Positions 25,570 through 38,164 of a stretch of DNA of 46,397 nt are shown piece after piece. Source of the DNA: Octopus sinensis (lineage: Eukaryota). Both the position numbers and the translations under genes were made by a program. The notes beneath the pieces are model-generated. The model saw only the letters and a list, made by a program, of their open reading frames with translations, had not been told where the DNA came from and ran no database searches. How positions within the stretch are numbered: position 1 is the first letter of the stretch; each line of letters begins with the position of its first letter. Location of the stretch: assembly GCF_006345805.1 (NCBI RefSeq), contig NW_021834655.1, positions 1 to 46,397 of the forward strand, given 5' to 3'.

Positions 25570-25805
25570 TTGTCTCTGTTTCATCTCTCCCACGTTACGA
25601 TGGCAAGGACAATAGGCAACTTCGTTGTAACAGTTCTTTCTGCAAAACAAATTAAATAAAATTTGGGATTTTTGCGGAGCGTGAAAATCTATTTATGTAT
25701 ATAAATATACATATACACATACATCGTTATATACGTATATACACCGATACTTATATATGCACATAGGTAGACACACGGAATCAGAATATGCGTGGGAATA
25801 TTATA
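25570..25805. repeat. Dispersed two-copy element with two internal inverted repeats, copy a
   Basis: Close match to 26983-27220. Confidence 0.8.
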
Positions 25806-25844
25806 TGTATTATATATATATATATATAATATAGTATATATATA

Positions 25845-26240
25845 TTTATTGGTGAATTGAAGAAATGGAGCTGAACGCAGATTGAACAGAAATCGTTTTA
25901 TTTCATTCTACACGTGTTTCGAAAGGCACAATTTACCAAAATCCGATTGAATAATGGGACCATATGGGTGTTTCTTTTCTTCAGGAAGAAATAGGAAATC
26001 CGTTGTAAAAACAAAAACAGAACAGAGGCGGAGCAAAACATCGAACTAGGCTCCTAAGAGCCCATGGCAAAACTGTTTATCAGTGTATGTTGAGAACCGG
26101 TGGCTGAGAATTTAACGGGTCAGGCATCGGTCAATCATGTGGGTGAGGGTGTGTAGATGTTCTTTGGAACGAGAATAAATTCTTACTATTTAAGGAATAT
26201 TGATGTTTATAAGGGGCGAGAAAAAATCTACTTAGAGACG
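25845..26240 (-). mobile_element. Penelope-like element 3' end/pseudo-LTR fragment
   Basis: Contains the HHR at 25899-25993; ends in AATAAA-like tail next to (TA)n; class is inference. Confidence 0.55.
25899..25993 (-). ncRNA. Type I hammerhead ribozyme with palindromic stem III and a lesion at position 10.1
   Basis: CUGAAGA (25984-25978), C-GAAA (25921-25917), ACACGUGU palindrome, GUA cut (25909/25908), stem I UAUUUCUUC paired with GAA-U-GAAAUA (9 bp, 1 bulge). Confidence 0.7.
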
Positions 26241-26835
26241 TGTGTGTGTATACTGTTCTATATGTGTGTGTGCTGGCGTAGGGGTAGAAAACATTTTTGT
26301 GTACGTGTGTGCGTTTGATCGTTCGGCTGTCAGTGGCTACTGCAGTAAGAACCGTTGGTGGCAGAAAAAAATATATATTATGTTTTATGTGTGTGTGTGT
26401 TCATCTAAGCCTGCCTTGTCAGGTAACCCCCCGTTGTGAAAAACCAGGCCCCGTTTATCTTACAGGAGTAATTCCCCTTGCAGTGGTTAATCGTAAATAT
26501 CTTAAAGCTATTTTCAGAATTTGTTACCAAGGGCTATGGGTGCCGGTATTATTTATAAACGCTATTTAAAAGCCAGATAAGTGTAACGCCGCCAATGGGG
26601 GCATCGAAAAAGCCGACTGTAACAGCCCGTTTACATCCGGCCCCTGGCAAACAAAATATGGAAGAGTTCGGAGACACAAGGTTGCACTGCCTTCTGCCCC
26701 TATCAAATGGGAGGGCCACCGACAAAATTGACCATTCAATTGTACCATTTCTTCAATTCACAATAATATTTTAATTTCAATTATCCGCATCAACGCACGG
26801 TTGCAACACCATATGGTTGTACCTCCAACGTGCTG

Positions 26836-26882
<47 letters not shown>

Positions 26883-26887
<5 letters not shown>

Positions 26888-27226
26888 CAGAGATATAAAT
26901 AGAAAAATACTAAATATATAGATACATACATATATAGTTTGTGTATGTATATAAATATCTTTATTACCTTGTGTGTATGTGTTTGTCACTGTTTCATCAA
27001 TTTACTACGCGTCGCGAAGGAAAGGACAATGCGCAACTTCGTTGAAACAGTTCTTTCCGCAAAACAAATGAAATAAAATTTTGAATTTTTTGCGGAGCGT
27101 GAAAATCTATTTATGTATATAAATATACATATACACATACATCGTTATATGCGTATATACACCGATACTTATATATACACATACGTAGACACACGGAATC
27201 AGAATATGCGCAGAATACTATATATA

Positions 27227-27270
<44 letters not shown>

Positions 27271-27395
27271 ATGTATGTATGTATATATAGTTTGTAGACA
27301 GAGATATAAATAGAAAAGACTCAATATATAGATACATACATATATAGTGTTTGTTGTATATAAGTATCTTTATTTCTTTGTGGTGTGTGTGTTGT
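26883..27395. repeat. Copy b of the two-hairpin element (26983-27220) within a partial tandem unit of about 412 bp
   Basis: TAGACAGAGATATAAATAG block at about 26883 and 27295. Confidence 0.75.
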
Positions 27396-27416
27396 GTGCA
27401 TGTATATATATATTGT

Positions 27417-27481
<65 letters not shown>

Positions 27482-27984
27482 ACACACAGATGTATATAGA
27501 GAGAGCACATACACACATATACGTAGACACAAAAATAATCATATAAAAACATGCACAAAGACAGACAGACACCCGTACTTCAGCACATATCTAGTATCAC
27601 TTCTCTCCATTTTATATTCGTCTCCGTTGTTGTTCTTATTGTTTTTGTTACCGTTGCCGCCGTCGTCGTCGTCGTCATCGGCACCATCATTGTTGTTGCC
27701 GTTGTTCTTGTTCTTGTTGCTGTTTTTGCCTTTACATTCCATTATTCTTCTTCTCCAGCAAAATCGATTTCCCTAAGTACCAAAATTTTCGATAAAGAAC
27801 AAGCAGTTGACCTTTGGCATCAACAGCTTTAACGACCGATATCCAGGAGCATCAACCGACTCTCCGCCCTCGCACCCCTGCCAACACATTCCCCCAAGTC
27901 CTAGCTTTCTACATCACCCTTTCACCGCCTACGCCACCACTTGATCACTACTTATCCCCCACATTTCACTCTCTCGATGTTTCT

Positions 27985-28005
27985 ACCTATCTATCTATCT
28001 ATCTA

Positions 28006-28051
<46 letters not shown>

Positions 28052-28079
28052 CCTATCTATCTACCTATCTATCTGTCTG

Positions 28080-28134
<55 letters not shown>

Positions 28135-28250
28135 GTCTGTCTGTCATCTATCTGTTATCTGTCTACATTATCTATCTATCTACCTTTCTTTTTGTCTATC
28201 TATCTATATGTCTGTATGTCATCTATCTGTTATCTGTCTACATTATCTAA

Positions 28251-28314
<64 letters not shown>

Positions 28315-28327
28315 ATATATATATATA

Positions 28328-28365
<38 letters not shown>
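27985..28365. repeat. (CTAT)n
   Basis: Direct reading. Confidence 0.95.
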
Positions 28366-28366
<1 letters not shown>

Positions 28367-28562
28367 TCTCTCTCTGTCTCTAACGTCCTTCCGTCTCATG
28401 ACTGGCTTAAAACTTCAACGCCTACATTCCTTTCAAATACTCCACTCATTCTCTCATCTGCCTTCTCCTCATCACCCTCTCCGTCACCCTACTATATCAA
28501 CTAGACATTGCACTCAATGCTGGTGGACAGAGATGGGTTGCCGAAATGTCTCACAAATTCCT

Positions 28563-28593
<31 letters not shown>

Positions 28594-29107
28594 CACACGG
28601 TTATAAATAAAGATATTATATAAACGTATGTATATATGTGTGTATGCATGTATATGTATATGAGCATATAAACATACATAAAAAAGGTAATTGAACATTC
28701 ACATACATTCGTTAACACACATACATAAGACAGTTACACATACAAATAGGAACCTGCAGATATTTTTACGCACACACGCATACATACGCATGCACACATA
28801 TTCCCAAATATAGGCACGTAAACGCCATTAAGCATAACCCATAAATATATATATGTATATATTCACAAATACAGTTAAATCATCTATATGCACTAATAAA
28901 AATGATAGACGCAAATACAAACAGGTTCATACGTATACACATTGCACACAAATATACTTGCAAACACACCGACAACAAAATGTCGGTTCCGTGTCAAGTT
29001 TGAAGCCTCGTTTTCGACAGAACGTCTAACGAAGAATAAATAGTCTTCCTAACATTGCCATCTACCTTGTCCTTGTACATACATACAGAGATACATACAT
29101 TGTATAA

Positions 29108-29138
<31 letters not shown>

Positions 29139-29214
29139 TGTATGTATGTATGTATGTATGTATGTATTTATTTATTTGTGTGTATATACGTACATGTGTT
29201 AAAGTGAGAATATA

Positions 29215-29348
29215 TTGGGTTGTCCAGAAAGTTCGTGCCGATTTTTAAAGGAAAGAAGGTCAATAAATACTTGCCATTACATTTTTAATCAACCAAATAT
29301 GAACCATTTTGTTGCACAGTGCGTCTCCATCCTTCCTTTAACTTTCCT
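29215..29348 (-). mobile_element. Mariner right end (transposase C-terminus plus TIR)
   Basis: Minus strand KLKEGWRRTVQQNGSYLVD*; TIR-like TTGGGTTGTCCAGAAAGTTC preceded by TA at 29213-29214. Confidence 0.7.
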
Positions 29349-29380
<32 letters not shown>

Positions 29381-29384
29381 TGTA

Positions 29385-29770
29385 TAAGGGTATTCCTTTG
29401 ATTCTGACAATGCAATGTCTGTGCAAGACCTTGCCCCAGTAAAGCTGGACTCATGAGTCATCTTCGTAGTCATAAAACGAGACAGATGAGTGACAACCTG
29501 GCCACTGGTGGTGGTGTAACACACCATACTAGTCATATCTGTCGGGCAGAGAGTGTAATTCGGCAGGAGGACTTGAAAGACATGCAAAGGTACATGAAGC
29601 CCAGTTACAACTACAGTCGGCTATTACCAGTAAATGTTTTAGTTGCCAATTTTGTACAAGACATGGTAGATCTTTAGCTGGGCTAAAAAGTCACGTTCGA
29701 TTACAGCACCAGTAACAGTTAAGCTTCGTGCGATGGCCATACTCGATAACGAGGGGGCAGCCATAATAAT
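29385..29770 (+). mobile_element. LINE (probably RTE clade) 3' end encoding three C2H2 zinc fingers, frameshifted
   Basis: CNVCARPCPSKAGLMSHLRSH (from 29411); ..CNSAGGLERHAKVH after a frameshift near 29550; CQFCTRHGRSLAGLKSHVRLQHQ* (29644-29715); short 3' UTR and (ATA)n tail. Confidence 0.75.
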
Positions 29771-30117
29771 GTATGTATGTATACCTATAGATTTGTATGT
29801 TTTGTTTTATGTATCTCTTCTCATGCATATACCTGCATATCTAAACATACCCATATATACTTAAATGGTTAACCTCTGAAAAGTTTTACAGATGTTTAGA
29901 GTTCCAGTGATGGCTTGAATCTGTGGTCTTCGAATCCGTTTTTCTCTCTTTTGTTTTTGTGAATCCTAATTTCTCAAGATTGGTATTTAGCCAGTGTGTT
30001 ACGTATCGCAGGGCCACAATAACTACAAGTATAAACTCGAATTTGTAATCTGGATAGAGTAACTACAGTTTTCTCAATAGTTTAGCGTAGGTATTTTATT
30101 TTTCACTAACTTTCAAT

Positions 30118-30176
<59 letters not shown>

Positions 30177-30345
30177 GAGAGTACAAATAAGAAAATGGAG
30201 AAACACATTAGTTTAGGATATTAGAATGTTGCCTTATTTATTTATCAAAACTACAACCATAATAACATACATATATACAGTCTAAAATTCAATACATTTA
30301 AGATAAGAATAGAAGTACTTATTAAAAACACATTAATATAAATTG

Positions 30346-30376
<31 letters not shown>

Positions 30377-31038
30377 GCGCACGCGCATACATTCAGACAT
30401 TTATAAAAACATGAACTTCTTTATGTATATGCGTACACATGTGTACTTATATGTATATACACGAATACGCCAGTGGAAACTTACTGCGTATGTTATAGCT
30501 GATAGATTTGGCAATTGTGCAAAGACAATTCGAAATACTGTCACATTTTAGACAACTCCTAACATCATTCTCCGCTTACAGCCACCATGCCGCCATTTAA
30601 ATATAATCACTCTCAGTGAAAACCCATTATCAATCCCATTCACTTAAGAGGAAGCTGACAGTCACGTGACATGCACACGACAGTCACGTGAGCTAGCTTT
30701 ATGCGAATCCTTTCATACTTTCGTGTCATTGTTTTAGCGTTTCCTGCTTTTTCTTTTATTTCATTTAAAGATTTTATTAATGTGGGTGTCGCTGTTGTTC
30801 AGTCCCAGCTCGAACTTACTAAATCAAAACTATTCTAGCAGTGACCATCCCGTCGTGACCACCTCTTCGTGACTTTCTCCACATATTTCACGCAATCAAC
30901 GACCGAGTACTACACAAAATTACTTAAATGTGGTATTGCATATTATTTTTAAGGATGGTAACTATATTTATTTAACGAAAGTCTGGTTGCTATTTATAGC
31001 TTGCTCATTCTTCAGAATAGGAGCATCCTGTGCGGTTT

Positions 31039-31351
31039 GTGGAGGTACATGGCCCAGCGGTTAAGCAGCGGACTCGCGGTCGAGGGATTGCCGGTTCGAA
31101 TCTCAGACCGGGCAATGTGTGTGTTTATGAGCAAAACACCTAAGCTCCATGCGGCTCCATCAGAAGGTAATGGCGAAACTTCTGCTGACTCTTTCACCAC
31201 AACTTTCTCTCACTCTTTCCTCCTGCATCTTGCAACTCACCTGCGACAAACCGGCGTCCCGTCCAGGTGGGGAACCTATACGCCAAGAAACCGGGAAACC
31301 AGCCCTGTGAGCCAGGCATGGCTCGAGAAGGAACAAACAACTACAACAACA
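31039..31351 (+). mobile_element. SINE family C, full length, (ACA)n tail
   Basis: A box TGGCCCAGCGG, B box GGTTCGAATCTC. Confidence 0.88.
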
Positions 31352-31939
31352 TCATTTGCGGTTTGAATGCAATTTGCCTATTATTTCTAGCGAGTCAAAC
31401 AAATATATTGTGGCCCTCTTCTTCGGTAATGTGATTGGGGGGATTTTGGTGGTAGTCGTGGTAATATCGGCGGTTCTTGTGTCTGTGAAGGGTAGATGTT
31501 TGATTGATCAAACTGTGTTTTAAACGATCTCATCTGACATATATCCGTATGTTGAGGTATTGCACACACACACACATACACACACACGCACACACACACA
31601 TATATATATATATATATGGCCAGACATGTAATGCACTATCAGAACGCTCGCGTGTGCATCAACAACAAATTAAAAACCCAGAAGTCCGCCAAATACCAGT
31701 GAGTAACCATCTGGCAACATGGGGTCAGAAAACTATTAAGATATTCCTATTTCATAACCTTTACAGCCTGAATGAAATTGAGAGAAAACTGAGAGAAAAG
31801 GGGTTTATTAAGAAATTCAAACCCAAGCTTAGGGAGAAAGAGACAGACAGACAGACAGAGATAGAGATGAAAAGAGAGAGGGGTAGACGTAAAAATAAAT
31901 AAATATTCAGGTGAGCTAGAAAGATAGCATTATATGTAA

Positions 31940-32455
31940 CTAGCAGTATCGCCCAGTGTTGCTCGGGTTCGTAAGGGAAATAACTATAAAGCATTTTTAG
32001 AGAGTTATAGCCAAAAAATAGCAAACAAATGCATTAAAAATGGAATAAATATGATGGTAATTTTTTTTTTAATCGTTGACTCATCGTAGACATTTTTAGA
32101 GAGTTACTTCCCTTATATTTAAAACAATATGCATTAAAATGGAAAAAAATGATGATAAATTATTTTTAAAATCGTAGACTCATCGTAGAAATTTTTAGAG
32201 AGTTACTTCCCTTATATTTAAAACAATATGCATTAAAATGGAAAAAAATGATGGTAAATTATTTTTAAAATCGTTGACTCATCGTAAACATTTTTAGAGA
32301 GTTACTTCCCTTATATTTAAAACAATATGCATTAAAATGGAAAAAAATGATGGTAAATTATTTTTAAAATCGTAGACTCATCGTAGACGTGCGCTAATAC
32401 CCAGAAGGGCTCGATATGAATCACGACTATAAGATACCTGGTTTTGGTTAAACTG
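31940..32455 (-). mobile_element. Non-autonomous Helitron, 5'-truncated, with four 99-bp internal units
   Basis: 3' CTAG at 31943-31940 with subterminal hairpin; homologous to 41373-41664; units start at 31993, 32092, 32191, 32290. Confidence 0.85.
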
Positions 32456-33779
32456 AGTGAAAAGAGAATTGCAATAGACAAAAGAGAAGTAGATACGCTG
32501 AATCCCTCATCAACTATCGACTGACATTTCGAAATATATACACATGTATGCGTATGAGTGTAGTCGTGTGTGTGAGTGTGCGCGCGCGTGTCGGTTAATA
32601 CCGCTGTAGAAAACTATTCAACAATTAAGCCCTAAAATTTTGTTATGAATTCATTTTTAACAGAAAATACTACCAGCCATAAACGTATCAAATTAAAAGA
32701 GGTACCTACCCTTGAAGTAACACGAGATTATATTGTTCGTTCTATGAGTTATGCAAAGTAGAATAGATCATATATAAATCAGAAGTGAGCATTACTAAAT
32801 GGAATCTGAACATGCAGTATAACCACTAGATTCTTATAAGTGAATGTTGTTTTAATCATCGTTATTTTAAGCATATCTCAGTAACACGGAAAGCACACAT
32901 GCAAAAAGCGTTACCGAATTACGTCCGATATTTAAAGGAATATTTTACTGCTATTGATAACAAGTTGGAAATTCGGATAAAAAAGGTGCAGTTTATTTAC
33001 AGCTGAAAAGAGATTCGTTCTGAAAGAAACAATAACAGTTTTGTAAATTAATTGAAAACAGAACAAGAATTCGTTCAGAGAGATTTCTACTTTGAAAAAC
33101 TGTTGCCACAATGAAATAAAGGAATGGAAATGTAAATAACGCTTCTTTAAACAGAAATCATCTTTCAGCAAGAGGGAAAAACAAAAATGGAAGAATATTA
33201 CTAAATTTCATCCCGTATTTAAAAGAATTTGATACTGATTTTGACAACGCGTCGAAAATGCTAGAAAGTTGCAAAGCAATGGAACAAAAGGATGCAATTT
33301 AAGTATAGCCGAAAATAGTCTCATTTTAAATAACAATAACAATTCCATTAATTACATGAAGAGTTGACTAGAATTCATTATAAAATATAGCAACATCAAA
33401 AGACACTCGCTACAATTTTGGAAATGTACTCCGACATCGGATTCGGCAAGCTAAAACTAAGATGTCACATACTCACTCGAACTCTTGAGCATCTTATGGA
33501 GACAATTTATTCCTTTGATTTCCATTTTCTCAATTATTTTCTCCATAATTCTCAAAACAATAATTTGCTACTATACAACCATCAGCTTTTATTTTCACTA
33601 CTTAACGGTTATATATATATATATATATTATATGCAGAATAAGTGAATAAATCTTATAAATGTATTGAAATGTATATGGTGTATATAATTATGTACATCT
33701 ATATACATACTCGAAATACTAACTTATGTATGCGAATAGTTAGTTTGCATGTATGCATGCGTCGTGTGTACGTCTCGTA

Positions 33780-34760
33780 GTATGTGTTTATACAATACTT
33801 AGTATATGTTTATACACACATATATGTGTATGCATATATAGGGAGAGAGGTAGACAGACTGAGACAGAGATTGGTGTATATACATATATATAAGTACTTT
33901 ATGAGTGTATGCATCTATAAATATATCCATATATGTGTGTGTATGTATGTATATATCTCTCTCTATATATATACATATATATATACACATCTATATTTAT
34001 ATATATATGTACATACATAGCTATATCTACACTTACAAATGTTTACCTATGTGTGTATGTATACTTAACTGTGTGCATATAAATTTGAATACATATAACT
34101 TTATATATACTTACAAAGATGCGGTTTGTGCATACTTATATGTATGTACAATCGAACATACACACAGATATAAACATACATAGAGACGAATGTATGCATA
34201 TATATATATGTACATATGTATATAAGTGAATATATACCTAGCTATATATATATGTATATATATATACACTTAGATGTAAAAATATATATATATGTACATA
34301 TATATATATATATATATAATATATATATATATATATGTATATGTAACTCATATGACCTCATATATATATATATACATATATGAATGTATATATACACATA
34401 CACATGTGTGTGTATGTATATACATACATAAATGCATACATATCTATATACATCCATACATACATACATACCTACATACATGCATACATACATAAATGCA
34501 TACATACATAAATACATACATATATACACGCATACATACATACTTACAAACATACATACATAAATGCATACATACATACATACATACATACATACACATA
34601 CATACATACATACATACATACATGCATACATACATACATACATGCATACATACATACATACATACATACTTACAAACATAAATACATACATACATACATA
34701 CATACATACATACATACATACATACATACATACATACGTAGATACATACATACATATATC
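33780..34760. repeat. (TA)n/(CATA)n tracts
   Basis: Direct reading. Confidence 0.92.
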
Positions 34761-35088
34761 ACAGTATTGATTGAATGATGCGATCAAACGACAACAAGCA
34801 AAAGATTTAATTAAAAATTCTGCCATTATGCTTAAGTAATGTTCTGATTACGGCAGAAATCTCATCAATTGAGATGTCAAAGAAGAATACATCGCAAAAT
34901 AAAAGAAAAAAACAAGAGAAACCATCTTAATGACTCCAATGTTACGCTTTGCCATTTATATTATGTTACAATGGATATGTAGCTATAATTAAATCAGCAT
35001 GAAGAGAGAGACACTCGCAGACACTGAAATGCAAGCTCTGACACACATTGAAGCACTTGTATACCTGCGCATGCGCCACGGAGTCACT

Positions 35089-35089
<1 letters not shown>

Positions 35090-35136
<47 letters not shown>

Positions 35137-35138
35137 TA

Positions 35139-35176
<38 letters not shown>

Positions 35177-35300
35177 TAGTGTGTGTGTGTGTCAGTGTGT
35201 GTGTGTGTGTTAGTGTGTGTGTGTGTGTGTCAGTGTGTGTGTGTGTCAGTGTGTGTGTGTATACATATATAATATATATGTATGTATATATATGTATATA

Positions 35301-35338
<38 letters not shown>

Positions 35339-35945
35339 GTGTATATATATATATATATATTTGTATTTGTGAGTGTGTGTGTGTGTGCATTCGTGCACGT
35401 GTATGTGTCAATAAGGAGGGAGAGAGAAAGTGGATGAAGGAGAGAGAGAGAGAGAGTGGCAGGGAGGGACAAAGAAAGAATGGTAGACAAATGCGATGGT
35501 ATTCTATGTATAACCTTCCTCACTAGGTAGTGATGTTACAATTAGAAGCATCCATAGATACACACTTATGTGTGCATGTATGTATATACATATGTGTATA
35601 CACAGATACATGTTTGCAAACATATATATATGCGTGTGTGCGTGTGAGTGTGTGTGTTTACACACATGTACATACATATAGGTAGATAGATAGACAGACA
35701 GACAGACAAACAGACAGATATATAGATAGATATATGTTATATGTATATATAATTATATTCAATATTTTATAAAAGGTATGGTATATATATATATGGACAT
35801 GCGTATGTGTAAATTCATGTATGTATGCATGCATGTATATATGTATGAACGTGTATGCATATATGTTTTTGTATGCGCATCTGAATCTGAGTGTATATGT
35901 ATGTACACATATATATAAAAATACGTGTATATATATTTATATATC

Positions 35946-35977
<32 letters not shown>

Positions 35978-36093
35978 GTGTGTGTGTGTGTGTGGTGTGT
36001 GTGTGTGTGTATATATATATTATATATATATATATTGTATATGTATATGTATATATGTATATATATATTTATATATATATATATATGTGTGTG

Positions 36094-36137
<44 letters not shown>

Positions 36138-36170
36138 TATATGTATATGTATATATGTTATATATATATT

Positions 36171-36258
<88 letters not shown>

Positions 36259-36400
36259 ATATGTATATGTATTATGTATGTATATATATTTATATATATA
36301 TATATATATACATATATATACATATATATATACATATATATACATATATATATGCAAAAACACACACATGCCCATATGAAAACATATACGTGCATACATA
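35090..36400. repeat. (TA)n/(TG)n/(GA)n tracts
   Basis: Direct reading. Confidence 0.9.
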
Positions 36401-36813
36401 CATAGCGCAAAAGAGCCGTCTGGGATGAGCAGGCGGGAGAGTATTCAATACATGATACGGTGTGTAACTATGTTTATGCCGACGATTTCAGCAACCATTA
36501 CTTCAATTTTTCCTGTATGTTTGATCAGTCAGACGACCATGTTAATATCTGCAATGGAAAACATAACGGTGCTCAGGAGTACGCATAGAGCAAACTGTCT
36601 TTCATTAAGCGGCGCAGACTGCGTGACGTAGCGTACAGTACTTGTAATGGGAGATAATTAGCAACTGCAAAAAAAGGACATCTTTCTGAAATGGAGATAA
36701 TTATCTCTGTCTTTTATCTTTTACACTACTTGTTTCAGTCATCGGTCTACCGGCCAAGCTGGGGCACCGACCTCATGATTTTTGTACATACATACACACA
36801 CACAAACTCATGC

Positions 36814-36895
<82 letters not shown>

Positions 36896-36950
36896 CATAT
36901 ATATATATAACAATATTACATACATACATACATGTATATATGAATATATA

Positions 36951-37116
36951 TTTCTCTCCTTGTTTCTCTCTCTTTGTTTTTTCTGTGTTCCTTTCTGTAG
37001 AAGAGCGTAGGCTCCAAACGTAAAAGACTTTTTCTATTCCTGAGCGTTATACTAATGCATATGTTTGTTTTGTACACCACCTGTCTTCGTCTTTTGTTTT
37101 TTTCGTAAACTCTCCC
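36951..37116 (+). mobile_element. P1 element copy 2, flanked by (TA)n
   Basis: Reverse-complement match to 2920-3085. Confidence 0.65.
36991..37026 (+). ncRNA. Variant-core hammerhead-like motif, probably inactive (G12 to C)
   Basis: CUUU-CUGUAGAA-GAGC(GUAG)GCUC-CAAA-C-GUA-AAAG. Confidence 0.4.
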
Positions 37117-37120
37117 TACA

Positions 37121-37151
<31 letters not shown>

Positions 37152-37176
37152 GCATACAGACAGTTATATATGTATT

Positions 37177-38112
37177 GTCCGAAACAGTAAGGACTTCGGC
37201 TATACTAGACTGAGGAACCACGAATGATTCGTTTTATTTTTTCCCTCTCCTTCTAATCGCTGTTTCCCTTGTCCGCCTTTGTATCGTCTATCTGTCCGAA
37301 TGTTTCTTATCCTCTATTGCGTCTTTGTTCCCTTTCTTGTATTTATATACACATAAAGCGGCGTACGTACACACTTGTGCTCACCTTATAGTATGTATCT
37401 AAATATTGTACTTTTCTTCACTCTGTCTTTTATTCCCCCTCATACTTTCTTCCTCCTTTCTTTTTCTCGCTCCCCCTCTCTTTCTCACATTTCTTGGCCC
37501 TCTCCTTATTTAACTCCCACTTTTCCTCTTCGCTTATCTGCCCTGTACCTTTCCCTTTGTCTCTATTTTTTTTCTAATCCTTCAATCCCGCTGCTCCCTA
37601 CCCCTTTCTCTTCCTTCCACATGACTGGTGCCCAGCCAGCCATGATCTTTCTTTCTTGGCCTGACTGCCGACCGCCAATATCTCTTATGTCCATCTCCTA
37701 TATTCCTGCCTTCAGGCTTTCACTTAATACACGTCAACTCAATTTGATTCGTTCTCAGTCGAAAGACACCTGTTGTTATATGCTTGTTGTTTGTATTTGT
37801 AATTGTATACCAAGTTCTCCGGGGTTTTTTTTGTCTCTCTTGCCGTACACATTCGCTAGCTTTCTTACAAAAAAGTCTAATACTCTTAGCCTAGACTTTT
37901 TTTTGGGGGGGGGGCAACCAGAATAAACTGTCTCAATTGTAACTGCCCGAAAGCGTAAGGGCTTCTGGTATACTTGACTCAGGAAAGAAGGCCACGAATG
38001 GGCCGGGGTTTTTTGCCTGTCCGTCTAATTGTTGTTTCCCCTGTCCGCCTTTGTGTCGTCTATCTGTCCGAAAATTCTGTTGTCCTCCATTGCGTCTTTG
38101 TTCCATTTTATA
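37177..38112 (+). repeat. Two diverged direct repeats of about 170 bp (37177-37345, 37945-38112) 768 bp apart
   Basis: Shared CCGAAA..GTAAGG.CTTC and GTCCGCCTTTGT.TCGTCTATCTGTCCGAA blocks. Confidence 0.75.
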
Positions 38113-38164
38113 TATATATATGGGGGGGCGCGTGCGTGTGTGTGTATGTATGTATATACGCGTG

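Noticed and set aside
31993-32388. Regular 99-bp repeats as a possible CRISPR-like array
   Set aside because: No unique spacers; eukaryotic Helitron-internal tandem repeat
32645-33300. Coding-like AT-rich stretch (YLKEYFTAIDN, YLKEFDTDFDN)
   Set aside because: Multiple stops in every frame and no recognisable family
35066-35077. NRF1-like TGCGCATGCGCC
   Set aside because: Single motif without CpG island or downstream exon evidence
36406-36588. 60-codon open frame containing YADD
   Set aside because: Flanks do not resemble a reverse transcriptase; RNY-biased decayed repeat likely; the apparent minus-strand exon here is closed in all frames
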